Origin: an uncultured Candidatus Binatia bacterium
GTDB taxonomy: Bacteria; Desulfobacterota; Binatia; UBA9968; JAJDTQ01
Reading direction: 5' to 3'
NCBI GenBank assembly: GCA_965213675.1
Contig: OZ243916.1
Span: 2,400,001-2,464,000, forward strand
DNA length: 64,000 nt
Shown: one piece after another, positions 1 through 10,200 of the stretch
Position numbering within the stretch: the first letter of the stretch is position 1
Layout: each line of letters begins with the position of its first letter
Made by a program: the position numbers and the translations under genes
Notes under the pieces: model-generated
The model's input: only the letters and a program-made list of their open reading frames with translations
Database searches by the model: none
Told to the model about the DNA's origin: nothing

Positions 1-2
1 AC

Positions 3-1463
3 GAAGGCAACGTGATCGTCATGGCCGAGACCGAGGCCGGGTCGAAGCTCGAGGAAACGGACCGCGCCTTCCAGCAAATCGAAGCCATCGTGCGCCAGGA
101 GGTCACCGAGCCGCACAGGAACTTCACCCGCTTCGGCCAGTTCGGCTGGCGCGCCCGCGGCAAGAACAACGGGCGCGTATACGTGTGGCTGGGGCCCCGG
201 GGAACCCGTGAGCGCTCCGATCAGGACATCGTCCAGGTCTTGCGCCGGCGGGTCGGCGAGGTACCCGGCGTGCGCGCCCGGGTGCGCGCCAGTTCCGGAC
301 TGTGGATCTTCAGGCGCCTTGGGTTCAGCGACAGCGACAACCTGGACGTGAGCGTCCGCGGTCACGACCTGGGCCAGATCCAACGCGTGGCCCGCCAGGT
401 GAAGGACGCCATGGAAGGGGTTGACGGGGTTGCGGGCGTGCGCATCAGCCGGCAGGCCGGTCAGCCCGAAATGGGAATCCACGTGGACCGGGAGCGGGCG
501 GCGAGCCTGGGCATACCCGTGGAGACCATTGCCCGCGGCCTGCAAGCGAGCCTGGGCGGCGCCCGGGCGACCTTCTATCGCGAGGGCGGCAATGAATACA
601 ACGTGCGCGTGCGCCTGAGCGGCGATGACCGCGCCGACCTGAGCGGCCTGCTGGATCAGAGCGTCTCCGACGGCTCGGGTCGGGTTCTGTCGCTCAAGAA
701 CCTGGTCCGGCTGGAGGAACGCCGCGGACCGACGTCGATCCAGCGCCTCAACCAGGAACGCGTCGTGTCCATCTCGGGCGAGGTCGCGGGGCGTGACATG
801 GCTGGCGCCGTAGCGGAGATTCAGACCGCGCTCGCACAAATCCCGCTGCCGCAAGGCATGGTCATCCACGTGGGCGGCGACTTCGAGGAGCAACAGAAGG
901 CCTTTGGAGAACTGCGCATCGGCCTGCTCCTGGCCTTGATCATGGTCTACATGGTCATGGCGGGGCAGTTCGAGCGCTTGCTCGATCCACTGGTGATCAT
1001 GTTCGCGGTGCCGTTCGCCGCCATCGGCGTGCTCGCATCGCTTCACGTGACCGGCACGACCTTCAACGTCAATTCCTACATCGGCATCATCCTGCTGGTG
1101 GGCATCGTCGTGAACAACGCCATCGTGCTGGTGGATTACATCAACCTCAAGATGCGTGAGGAAGGCATGAGCGTGGTGGACGCCGTGGTCCTCGCCGGCC
1201 GCACCCGTCTCCGGCCGATCCTCATGACCACACTGACCACGGTGCTCGCGCTCGTGCCGCTGGCACTGGCGTGGGGCGAAGGCGGCGAGATTCAGGCGCC
1301 CATGGCGCGGGTGGTGATCGGCGGCCTGATCACCTCCATGCTGGTGACCCTGGTGCTGATTCCGGTGCTCTACGCCACGGTGCGGGAAAGGGTGTGGCGG
1401 AAGGCCCACGCCCGCGACCGAGCCCCAGCCGAACCCGGCGGCGCTGCAGCCGGACCGTTCTAG
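3..1463 (+). CDS. RND efflux transporter permease, AcrB/AcrD/AcrF family (5'-partial)
   Basis: C-terminal RND motifs GIVVNNAIVLVDY, RLRPILMTTLTT and APMARVVIGGL; frame is open to the window edge. Confidence 0.93.
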   Translation, partial: EGNVIVMAETEAGSKLEETDRAFQQIEAIVRQEVTEPHRNFTRFGQFGWRARGKNNGRVYVWLGPRGTRERSDQDIVQVLRRRVGEVPGVRARVRASSGLWIFRRLGFSDSDNLDVSVRGHDLGQIQRVARQVKDAMEGVDGVAGVRISRQAGQPEMGIHVDRERAASLGIPVETIARGLQASLGGARATFYREGGNEYNVRVRLSGDDRADLSGLLDQSVSDGSGRVLSLKNLVRLEERRGPTSIQRLNQERVVSISGEVAGRDMAGAVAEIQTALAQIPLPQGMVIHVGGDFEEQQKAFGELRIGLLLALIMVYMVMAGQFERLLDPLVIMFAVPFAAIGVLASLHVTGTTFNVNSYIGIILLVGIVVNNAIVLVDYINLKMREEGMSVVDAVVLAGRTRLRPILMTTLTTVLALVPLALAWGEGGEIQAPMARVVIGGLITSMLVTLVLIPVLYATVRERVWRKAHARDRAPAEPGGAAAGPF

Positions 1464-4400
1464 CCGATGGCCTTGGCTATAGAGTCCGGCTTCGACACAT
1501 CGATAACGCAGACGGAGATCTTGCGGCGCTCCTCGGGGGAGAGGTTCGCGACAGCAATGAGTTGGTTGCGCAGGGCGGAAGGGGTTTCGGGCGCAGGCCC
1601 GGTCGGCGGCCGCTTGCACCTGTCGCGCCCGAACCAGAACACCAGGTAGATGCCGTACCCGGCCGCTCCCGAATCCCGCGTGTACTTCTCGATCAACTGG
1701 CCGCGGATGGCTTTCCAAAGATCGTCGTGCGAGCTCTTCTTGATCTCGGCCGGTACGTTAAAGCCGTTGCACAAGACGCAAATGTCTGCTCGTTTATCGT
1801 CGGCGTAAGCTCCTTCGGGCTGGGCATAGACGCCTTTTGGCGCCAGTCTTTGTTTCAAATCGGACAGCAGCGCATCGCGGCAAGCGTCTTCGGGCTTCGG
1901 GTCTTGAGCCCTGTTGTATGAATCTACGTTCCAGTACTGTCGCCAGTCCGATGTGTTTCCGTCGCGAATCTCCCTTTCCAAGCTGCCCAGCACGTCCGCT
2001 GTCAAGGCCGCCAAGTCGGCTGCATTCGCCGGACGTTGGTTGGCAAGAGTCTCCAGCACCTGTCCGACCGACGGGGGGCTGAAGTAGGCTTCCCGGCGCA
2101 CGTCCCGCTGCCGGCTCAGTGCGTCCCGTAACTTGAGCTGCCAGGGACGTAGCGTGTCTTCGTTGGACAGGCGTTCGAGTGCGGCCGTGGCCTGGCGGTC
2201 CGGTCTCGAAGACAGTGCATTGATCAGTAGTGAGTCAACGATGACACCCGTGTAAGCCGAATCTTTCGCAGCAGTGTTCCCCGTCATCCCCGAACCGTTG
2301 CCCGGCCAACTCAAGGGGCGGTACGAATTGCCAAGGGATTCGATGAGCAGCTCCAATGCGGGGATGTCCAGAACGTCAAGGGACGGGACGTCAAGGGCGT
2401 ACAGGAACGCAGCGACGTGCCTCACCCGCCGTTCGCACCCCCGTCCGCCGAGTTCTTGTCGCAACCGATCAACGAAGAGCGCCGGTTTCAGAAGCAGGCC
2501 GGCGCATATCCAGTACATCTCCTGCGAGGCGTCCATGCTCTGGAGCTTGAGCTTGTTCTCCACGATCCGCAGCAAGGCGTTCTTGTCGGCATGACGGGAT
2601 GCGACGTGTAGCAGTGCCTTCAGCACGTGAAGTTGCTCCAGCTTCTGACGGGTGGGGAAGGATTTCAGTAACGGCACGACTACCATCTCGGCAACCGTTT
2701 GGTAGTCGTCGTCGTGCCCCAATGCATGAAGACCGAGACCCGACTTCGCGCCCCGCCGCAGGTCGGCGCGAACGGATCGGATCAGCACCTCGGCCACCAA
2801 GTCGGGGCGGGACCGCAACACGGACCGGTACCACTTCGGTTCCTGGTTCCAGAAATCCGGCGCCTTGAAACGAAAAGCCAAGGCCCGGCGCATGCCTTGC
2901 TCGTCGAGCGGCGCCTTGCCGGGTCGAAGTGAAGGGATCTCGTCCAGCCCCGCGAGAAACGGCAACATCAGGAAATGATGCTCTTGCTTGTCCGCGAGGC
3001 GAAATATCTCGGCCATTTCGGGCAGGTCTGCTCGTGCCGTCGAGGCCCGGAATGCATGGATTGTCAGATCCACCAAGTCGTCATTACCCAGCAGGTCTCG
3101 AAGGCGAGTTCGCCCATCGGCGCCTTGTACGTCAACGAACTGGCCGAGGTACGCGGATGCCAAACGGTGCAGCAGCGCCGGGGCTGCCCGGTTCTCTCGT
3201 ATCGCCGACTCGTGGTCCTCTACGAGGTCACGCCACTCCCGACGGCGTTGCCCTGCTTCGGCCTCGCGCCTCTGCTCCAATTCGCTCTGTTCGGACTCAA
3301 TGTCGGAAATCGAACGTCTGCGACTTTCTTGTAGCGCCTTGTACTTGGCGACCAGGCTTGGATCATGTGCCAGACGGTCTTCAACGACTTCGCAGAAAAT
3401 TCTCTCGCCGTCCTGCCGGGCGATGACGTTGTCCAGAAAGAACTCCGTGGCCGCCGCCGTGTTCCGCTCCGTCTCGAGAGCTTGGCTGAGACACCATGCG
3501 CCGAAGTCTGATGGCTCCACCGCCAAGAAAAGGCGCCTGCGCACTTCGTCGCCGAGTTGATGTGAGCCGGCAGAGTGGTCCGCGGCCACACGGACCAAGG
3601 CCTTGTAGGACGAGGAATGGTCGCTGAGCCATGCACGGATAGAGGCTCGGGCATCGTGGCTTGCCTCCTCGGCCGCGAGTCCAAGCCAAACAAACAAGCG
3701 TTCGTGGTCAACCGTGGACGAGATCTCAAGGTACGCGACGAGAAGTTTGCCCGGAATCGTACGTAGCCAGTAGGACGCGGGTGCGCCGTCGTGGGTCTCT
3801 CCCAACTCCTCAACGTTCTCGATCAGCGAATCCAGGACATCGGCAAGCTGGTGGGAGTCCGTGGATTGCTCGATGATGTCGTGGTTCCAGAAGGCAGCAT
3901 ACGACGCGAAGACGGCGCTCTTTCGTTCCCGCAAGAATCGGCCGACTTCGGCAGGCGGGAGCAGCTTCGGAAAGAGCCTTTTCAACAAGAGCCCGAGGAG
4001 ATTGTCCAGAGGATCGGGCACAACTCCCTCATAAACATCGGCCAGCAGGGCCTTCAGGTTCTCCTGTGCCTCATCGTCGTTGCGGGACTGCCACACAAAG
4101 GCTTCAAGCGCTGCATCTCTGACGGCGGGCCAACAACCGCCGTCCCTGACGACATCCAGCAGCATAGGGGCAAGGCCTGGAATGATAGCGCCGCGCTCAA
4201 GCGACCTGAGCACGGCTAGCGCTACCGTCTGTTTCCCCATGCTTCCTTCCGCGCCCGTAAGGATTTCCCGGAACGTCTCCGCCATGTCCGGCGTGGCAAG
4301 GTCCGCCCATCGAGAATCCAGATCATGCATTGCGCCAAACACCCGGGGGTCGCGTTCTGCGTCTTGCTCCAGGCAGCTTAGCAACAAGCGCTTGTCGGAG

Positions 4401-5527
4401 ACGGAGAAATCTCTCACGTCGCCGTACAGGACGGTGCCCAAAGGATCCCGCTCTATGATCTCACTGCGGGCTGTTCCGCAATGGGCGGCAAGCCAGGCGG
4501 CCAAGCCGCGAAATGCCGAAACAATTTGACCATCATCGCCGGTCAACAAGGCAAGCACCCGTCGTACCGGGAGACCATCATCGACAAGACGCGAAAGGTG
4601 CCGCCCCGCCAGAAACTCGGCGACGTGCCTGTGGACGGGTCTGGCCAATCCGTCGATGACGTCGAATAGCTTGGTGCGCAGCGCGGCCAGCATAGTCTTC
4701 TGGTCTGGTTCCGGAATGTCCCGCAAGTCGATGTAACTGGCGGAATCCTCGGCAGTCATGGGTTGACGAAAACCCGTCAGGCCGGTCAGCAGTTGCATGG
4801 CGCACAGACGGTCTGCCGTGCGAAGCAACTCTGAATCGGCTCCTTGGGGAACCGCCTGCAGGTGCTCTTGATTGAGTTCGCGGATCAGTTTTACGCACGC
4901 TGCTTCGAATGTCCCTTTTCGCGTTGCTGGCCAGTTGCCATCGCCGACCGCATCCGCCAGCAACCTCAGGGTTTCAGGGTTCGACAGCAGCCCTCCAAGC
5001 CCGCGGTCCCTCGCTTCGTCAATGAAGCCGTCGATATCTGCGACGCCTTTCCCACCCAATATCTCGCGGACGTCATCTTCTGACAGAGGATCCAGGCGCA
5101 GGACCATGACCACGCCGTCGCGGGATACCGACTCAAGGCGCGTCCGGTCTGGCGCTCCGAACCAGTCCGCTTCCCGACAAGAGAGCCGGAACCGGGGCCG
5201 TCCCAGTCCGTCGAGTTTCCCTCGGATCACGTCAAGCGGAGTTCGCCCGTCTGTCTGTCCAGCCCGCGCCTCGTCCAGGCCGTCGATGAACAGCGTCTGC
5301 AGGCCCGCCCAGCGCTTGCAGTCCAGGCTCGTGAGGTCGCGAACGTCGCAAAACTCTTGCTGTCCGGCCTCGTGCTTGAACGCTTCTGTCTTGCCTGCGC
5401 CAGGCGCTGCCAACAGTACGTAGGCGCTGCAACCGCGAAAATCGGAAAGTGGCCGGGACAGGGTTTGACCTGTGACGCCGTCCTGATCCGCAACTACCGT
5501 ACAGGTGCGGTCAACGTAGCTGTCCAT
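1460..5527 (-). CDS. Large NACHT/STAND-like NTPase with C-terminal PD-(D/E)XK-like nuclease domain
   Basis: N-terminal Walker A AAPGAGKT, Walker B LFIDGLDE and LSCR motif; long helical middle; C-terminal DKRADI..VPAEIKK..GIYLVFWFG. ATG at 5527 overlaps the upstream TGA (TGATG). Confidence 0.78.
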   Translation of the reverse strand: MDSYVDRTCTVVADQDGVTGQTLSRPLSDFRGCSAYVLLAAPGAGKTEAFKHEAGQQEFCDVRDLTSLDCKRWAGLQTLFIDGLDEARAGQTDGRTPLDVIRGKLDGLGRPRFRLSCREADWFGAPDRTRLESVSRDGVVMVLRLDPLSEDDVREILGGKGVADIDGFIDEARDRGLGGLLSNPETLRLLADAVGDGNWPATRKGTFEAACVKLIRELNQEHLQAVPQGADSELLRTADRLCAMQLLTGLTGFRQPMTAEDSASYIDLRDIPEPDQKTMLAALRTKLFDVIDGLARPVHRHVAEFLAGRHLSRLVDDGLPVRRVLALLTGDDGQIVSAFRGLAAWLAAHCGTARSEIIERDPLGTVLYGDVRDFSVSDKRLLLSCLEQDAERDPRVFGAMHDLDSRWADLATPDMAETFREILTGAEGSMGKQTVALAVLRSLERGAIIPGLAPMLLDVVRDGGCWPAVRDAALEAFVWQSRNDDEAQENLKALLADVYEGVVPDPLDNLLGLLLKRLFPKLLPPAEVGRFLRERKSAVFASYAAFWNHDIIEQSTDSHQLADVLDSLIENVEELGETHDGAPASYWLRTIPGKLLVAYLEISSTVDHERLFVWLGLAAEEASHDARASIRAWLSDHSSSYKALVRVAADHSAGSHQLGDEVRRRLFLAVEPSDFGAWCLSQALETERNTAAATEFFLDNVIARQDGERIFCEVVEDRLAHDPSLVAKYKALQESRRRSISDIESEQSELEQRREAEAGQRRREWRDLVEDHESAIRENRAAPALLHRLASAYLGQFVDVQGADGRTRLRDLLGNDDLVDLTIHAFRASTARADLPEMAEIFRLADKQEHHFLMLPFLAGLDEIPSLRPGKAPLDEQGMRRALAFRFKAPDFWNQEPKWYRSVLRSRPDLVAEVLIRSVRADLRRGAKSGLGLHALGHDDDYQTVAEMVVVPLLKSFPTRQKLEQLHVLKALLHVASRHADKNALLRIVENKLKLQSMDASQEMYWICAGLLLKPALFVDRLRQELGGRGCERRVRHVAAFLYALDVPSLDVLDIPALELLIESLGNSYRPLSWPGNGSGMTGNTAAKDSAYTGVIVDSLLINALSSRPDRQATAALERLSNEDTLRPWQLKLRDALSRQRDVRREAYFSPPSVGQVLETLANQRPANAADLAALTADVLGSLEREIRDGNTSDWRQYWNVDSYNRAQDPKPEDACRDALLSDLKQRLAPKGVYAQPEGAYADDKRADICVLCNGFNVPAEIKKSSHDDLWKAIRGQLIEKYTRDSGAAGYGIYLVFWFGRDRCKRPPTGPAPETPSALRNQLIAVANLSPEERRKISVCVIDVSKPDSIAKAIG

Positions 5528-6783
5528 CACGTCTTGAACCAGTCGTCTGCCGGAGTCGACAGGAACTCTTCCAACGGCACGCCGTCGCCGCCGACCACCT
5601 CGGCGTTCACTGGATGAAATTGCTCGCGGAAGCGTTGAAGCCCTCGGCGGTCAGCAGGCCCCTCACCACTCTTGACCTCGAACGCCACCAACCGCGGCCC
5701 TCTTTCAAGCACGAAGTCCACCTCGGAGCCGTTTCGCCGCCAGTACCAGAGGCGAGTCAGCGTGGTCGCGGTGTTCCACAGGTGGGCGCCGACGGCGCTC
5801 TCGACCAGATGTCCCCAGAACGTTCGGTCCGCACGGGCTTCTTCGAACGTGTAACGGGAGAGGGCTGACATCAGGGCGGTGTTGAGCACGTTGAGCTTCG
5901 GGCTGGAAGCCTTGTATCGATCGATTCCAGCACTGTAGTTTTGCAAGCCTGCGATGAGACCCGCCTTTTCCAGCAGGTCCAGATAGCGCGCCAGGGTTGT
6001 GGTGTTGCCTGCATCCTGAAGTTGACCCTGTATTTTCCTGTAGGACAGAATTTGCCCGGAGGATGTGGCACCGACCTCGAACAGCCGTTTCATCAACGCG
6101 GGCTTGTCCACTCGTTGCATAGCAAGGATGTCGCGCTCGATATTGGGCTCTATAAGTCCGCGCACAATATACTCGTGCCAGCGATCATGATCGTGCATGT
6201 ATTCCACCGCACCCGGATAGCCGCCGAAGTAGACATATTCATCCACGTCCAAGCCGAACGCCTCCGACATTTCGGTGAAGGACCAGTGCTTGAGTTGAAT
6301 GGACTCGAAGCGTCCATGCAAGCTCTCGGTCAGACCACGCTGCATCAACAGTGGCGCCGAGCCTGACAGGATTACATGCAAACGGCGTCGCTCGTAGCGG
6401 TCTGCATCCCAGAGGCCTTTTACGGCTTCCGACCAGTTCGGCACCTTCTGAATTTCGTCCAGCGCCAGCACATACCCTCGCTCCGACCGGTCGGCGTCCA
6501 GTCGGGCCTTTTCCCACAAGTCCACGAGCCATCTCGTGTCGGGTTCTCGTGGCACCGGGTTTGTGGCCGTCGTATCGAGCGCTGTTGCTGTGGTGGGCAA
6601 GTATCTCGATCCGGGCTCATCCACGCGTACGAGCAGAAGGGCGCGGTCGAGCTTTTCCTTGGCCTGTTCAATCACCGTGGTCTTGCCAGCTTGTCGTGGC
6701 CCGGCGATCAGGATCAACCGCCGCGGAGGCTCGTGCAAACGGCCGAGAAGAGTGTCAAGCTGGTGCCGTGCAAAGGATGCCAT
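5527..6783 (-). CDS. AAA_14-family ATPase with DUF4143 C-terminal domain
   Basis: GPRQAGKTT, LDEIQK, SGSA, GGYPG and C-terminal YWR..SEVDFV..AFEVKSG. Confidence 0.88.
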   Translation of the reverse strand: MASFARHQLDTLLGRLHEPPRRLILIAGPRQAGKTTVIEQAKEKLDRALLLVRVDEPGSRYLPTTATALDTTATNPVPREPDTRWLVDLWEKARLDADRSERGYVLALDEIQKVPNWSEAVKGLWDADRYERRRLHVILSGSAPLLMQRGLTESLHGRFESIQLKHWSFTEMSEAFGLDVDEYVYFGGYPGAVEYMHDHDRWHEYIVRGLIEPNIERDILAMQRVDKPALMKRLFEVGATSSGQILSYRKIQGQLQDAGNTTTLARYLDLLEKAGLIAGLQNYSAGIDRYKASSPKLNVLNTALMSALSRYTFEEARADRTFWGHLVESAVGAHLWNTATTLTRLWYWRRNGSEVDFVLERGPRLVAFEVKSGEGPADRRGLQRFREQFHPVNAEVVGGDGVPLEEFLSTPADDWFKT

Positions 6784-6791
6784 TCTACAAT

Positions 6792-6827
6792 ACTATTCTA
6801 TTGAGCAAATTTGCTCAATAGAATAGT
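6792..6827. promoter_or_regulatory. Perfect 36-bp AT-rich palindrome overlapping a probable leaderless sigma70 promoter of the AAA_14 gene
   Basis: ACTATTCTATTGAGCAAA|TTTGCTCAATAGAATAGT; the minus strand reads TTGAGC-17 nt-TAGTAT-6 nt-ATG(6783). Confidence 0.7.
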
Positions 6828-7263
6828 CCGAGCCACTGGATTGTATGTTTGATCCTAGTTGAAACCGGGAACCGGCCGAAACGTACCGGTCGGCTGGGCC
6901 TGATGGTCTCGCCGGGTAGCGGCCGAGAACAACCGCTATGGCAGGAAACGTTAACAGAGCCCGAAATCACGCTCCATGCTCTTCGGTTCCAGATTGTATG
7001 GGCGGTGAGGCGGGTGTAACGGGACGCCGCGGCCGGCGGCGACGCGGTGGGCCGCAACACCCTGTAGCCACGGCTGGCGGCGCTGCGGCCGGCGGTTCCG
7101 TAGCGGTCGATACCGGCTTGCCGTCGTCGCGAGGATGCAAACACGCGCGTATTGAATTTCCACCGGACTCGGCGTAATGTACGCCAAACGCGACAGGCAA
7201 TGACCGGCAGAGGTATGGGCAGCGCGGGCCAGCGGGTCGGGCGACAGCTTCGGAGGCGATGCG

Positions 7264-10200
7264 ATGGTCATGGTGAACGAAGGACGAGATGGGAACCGGG
7301 CGTTGGGCAGGAGGCATGGGGAGATAGCGGGGCGCGCGGAAAATAGTTTGGCTCAGGACTTGACAAGGCCTGAGTCAACCCATAATCGCCGGATCGCCGG
7401 ATCGCCGGATCGCCGGATCGCCGGATCGCCGGATCGCCGGATCGCCGGATCGCCGGATCGCCGGATCGCCGGATCGCCGGATCGCCGGATCGCCGGATCG
7501 CCGGATCGCCGGATCGCCGGATCGCCGGATCGCCGGATCGCCGGATCGCCGGATCGCCGGATCGCCGGATCGCCGGATCGCCGGATCGCCGGATCGCCGG
7601 ATCGCCGGATCGCCGGATCGCCGGATCGCCGGATCGCCGGATCGCGCTTGGTGCGTCTTCATGGTGGCGCCGTCTAGGGCGCTCCGCCTCCCGGCCTGAA
7701 TCTTCCGCATCCGCCCGCGGGCGTTCCGACACCCGCCGGCCCGCTTCCTCTTCCGACAGCTTCGCTCCCTCTCCCGCCCGCGCCGCGGCGGGCGCCCGTG
7801 CCGCCGCCCGCAATCTGCGGCGTGGCCTGCTGCCGGCCCTGCTTTGCCTGCCGCTGCTGTTCGGCCTTGCCGCCCCGGCCGCCGCACAGACGACACCGAC
7901 AATCTCCCCATCGACGCTGATCGAGGAAGGGAGCCGCGGTCGTCTCGGGATCGGTGTGACTATCAGCAATATCCCGTCGAGTTGGGTTGCTCCCATTACG
8001 CACTCGCTGACGACGACCGGCACCGGCACCGGTCACGCGACGCTCGCCTCAGGCGTTTGCCGCGATGTAGACACCTTAAATACCTCGTTAGACGCCTACG
8101 ACGTATGCGACGACGAAGGCACAGGCTACAGCTCGGGCTCGAACCTCTACACTCTCGCACTTAGGGCGAGCATCGATACTCACTCGGATTCGGGCGAGAC
8201 CTTCACGGTGACGCTGACGGACTCGTCGACGCCGCGGAATACCGTTTCGTTCACAATGACGATCAACGATCCGCCGGTGAGGATCGGGGTGTCGCTGCCC
8301 GACCAGGAGGGCGTATCCCGCGTCGGCGGCAATCAGCCCCATGAGGAGAGCACGGGCAGCGTTGTGTTCGACCTGAGCGCCGACGAGCCGCTGGCGAACG
8401 ATCTGACGGTGTGCGTGCGGGTGAGCGAGAGCGGCGGCAACCGGGTGACCTCGGGCAGGGGTATCCGGACCGCGACCCTGCTGGCCAGCGGCGTCAGCAA
8501 CGGGTCGGGCAGCTACACGGTCAACTGGACCGACACCGCCGCCGACGACCCGGACAGCACCGTCATCGTCCGGGTAGTGCCGCCGGAGGAGGCGGGCTGC
8601 TCGGCGACCGACGGCAGCTACGGGGTATCCGGTGACGACCCCTTGGATACGATTCTCATCCAGGACGACGAGGACACCACGGTCTCGCTCACGAGTTCGG
8701 ACAGGACCATGACCGAGGGCGACGCCTCGGACACGGCGACCCTGACGGTCTCGCTGGATCGCCGGCTTTATGGCGGAGAGACAATCGGCGTGCCGATCGC
8801 GCTGGCGTCGACCACCGGGGCGCGGCTGCCGGGGAGCGTGGACGGCGGCAGCACCGCCAACCACGACTTCACGGTCGCGGCCGCGGCCGGGAGCGGGCAC
8901 AGCGGGGTGACGCTGGCGAACGCATCGACGGCCAACCCGCGGGTGGTCTTCACCGGCCACGACAGCAACACGGTGCAGACGGCGACGGTAACGCTGACCC
9001 CGGTGGCGAACCGCGACGACGGCGACGCGGCCCATGAGACGATCACCGCGACGCTGAGCTCGCTCGGCCTGGTTGACACGACGGTAAGCGGCGGCGTGGC
9101 GGCGCATGGGACGAACAACGCGGCGACCCTGACGCTGGCGGACGACGAGGCCGCGCCGCCGCCGGTGACATGCTCCGCCCAGAACCCCATCTTCAATGAT
9201 ACCAGCCTTCGCATCCTCGAGACCGGCGAAACGACCTATTGCGTGCGCCTGACGACCGCCCCGTCCGGCGGTGACACCACCGTCACCATCGGCAGGATTG
9301 GCGGGGGCGCGACCGTCAGTCCCGCGTCGCTCACGTTCACGTCATCGAATTACGAAACACCCCAGCAGGTAACGGTGACCGGCATGGATGAGCCCGGTTC
9401 GCATCGGAATCGCACGACGCAGTTGACCCACACGGCCAGCGGCGGCGGCTATTCGAGCCAGAACCTGGGCCGTGTCCGGGTAGAGGTGGACGACGCGCCC
9501 GAGGTCGAGGCGTATTGGTACATCAAGGGCGGCGCGGGCGGCGTGCGGATCCGGCGACCGCATACGATAACGTCAACGCCCGGGCTGACGCCGTGGCAGA
9601 ACGCGGCACCCGGCGACAGGATATCCTATGCCGTGCGCCTGTCGAACCGCCCGGAGCCGGGCGGCACGGTGACCGTGATGGCGACGGTGCCTTCGGACAA
9701 GCGGAACCTCGTCGGCCTGTCGCTGACCAAGGACCGCGCCGCGCAAGACACGGTGACGGTGGAGTTCAAGGACCGCAGTCCCGGCGCAGGCACGGGCTGC
9801 AGCAACTGGTTCGGCCATCAAGCGCATCAATACTTCGACAGCCACGGCAACACGCGGACAGTGTCGGGCCGGCAGCCGAGCGAGAGCTACGACGGCACGG
9901 CGGACACGCCCTGGGAGTGCTGGCGCATGATTTATGTGGTCCGCAAGGACGCCTCGCGGAACATCGACGACACCTGCGCCGACATCACCCACACCGCCAC
10001 AGGCGGCGGCGTGCGCAAGGTCACGGTCGATACGATCCGCGCCCATGTAAGGAACCCGTCGCGCAACAGGCGGGGGTCAAGCGGTTACAACACCCAATGC
10101 CGCAACCTGACCGGCAACACGCAAGCGGCACCCGCGACGGCCGCCCCGGCGCCCACCGAGGCGGTGGCCAACCTGCAGGTGACGGCGGTGGACGACGCCA

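Noticed and set aside
6960-7020. IS200 TnpA-like peptide (HALRFQIVWAVRR)
   Set aside because: Too short and lacks the HUH and tyrosine motifs
7385-7645. Repeat tract as a CRISPR array
   Set aside because: Contiguous 8-bp units with no spacers, and no cas genes in the window
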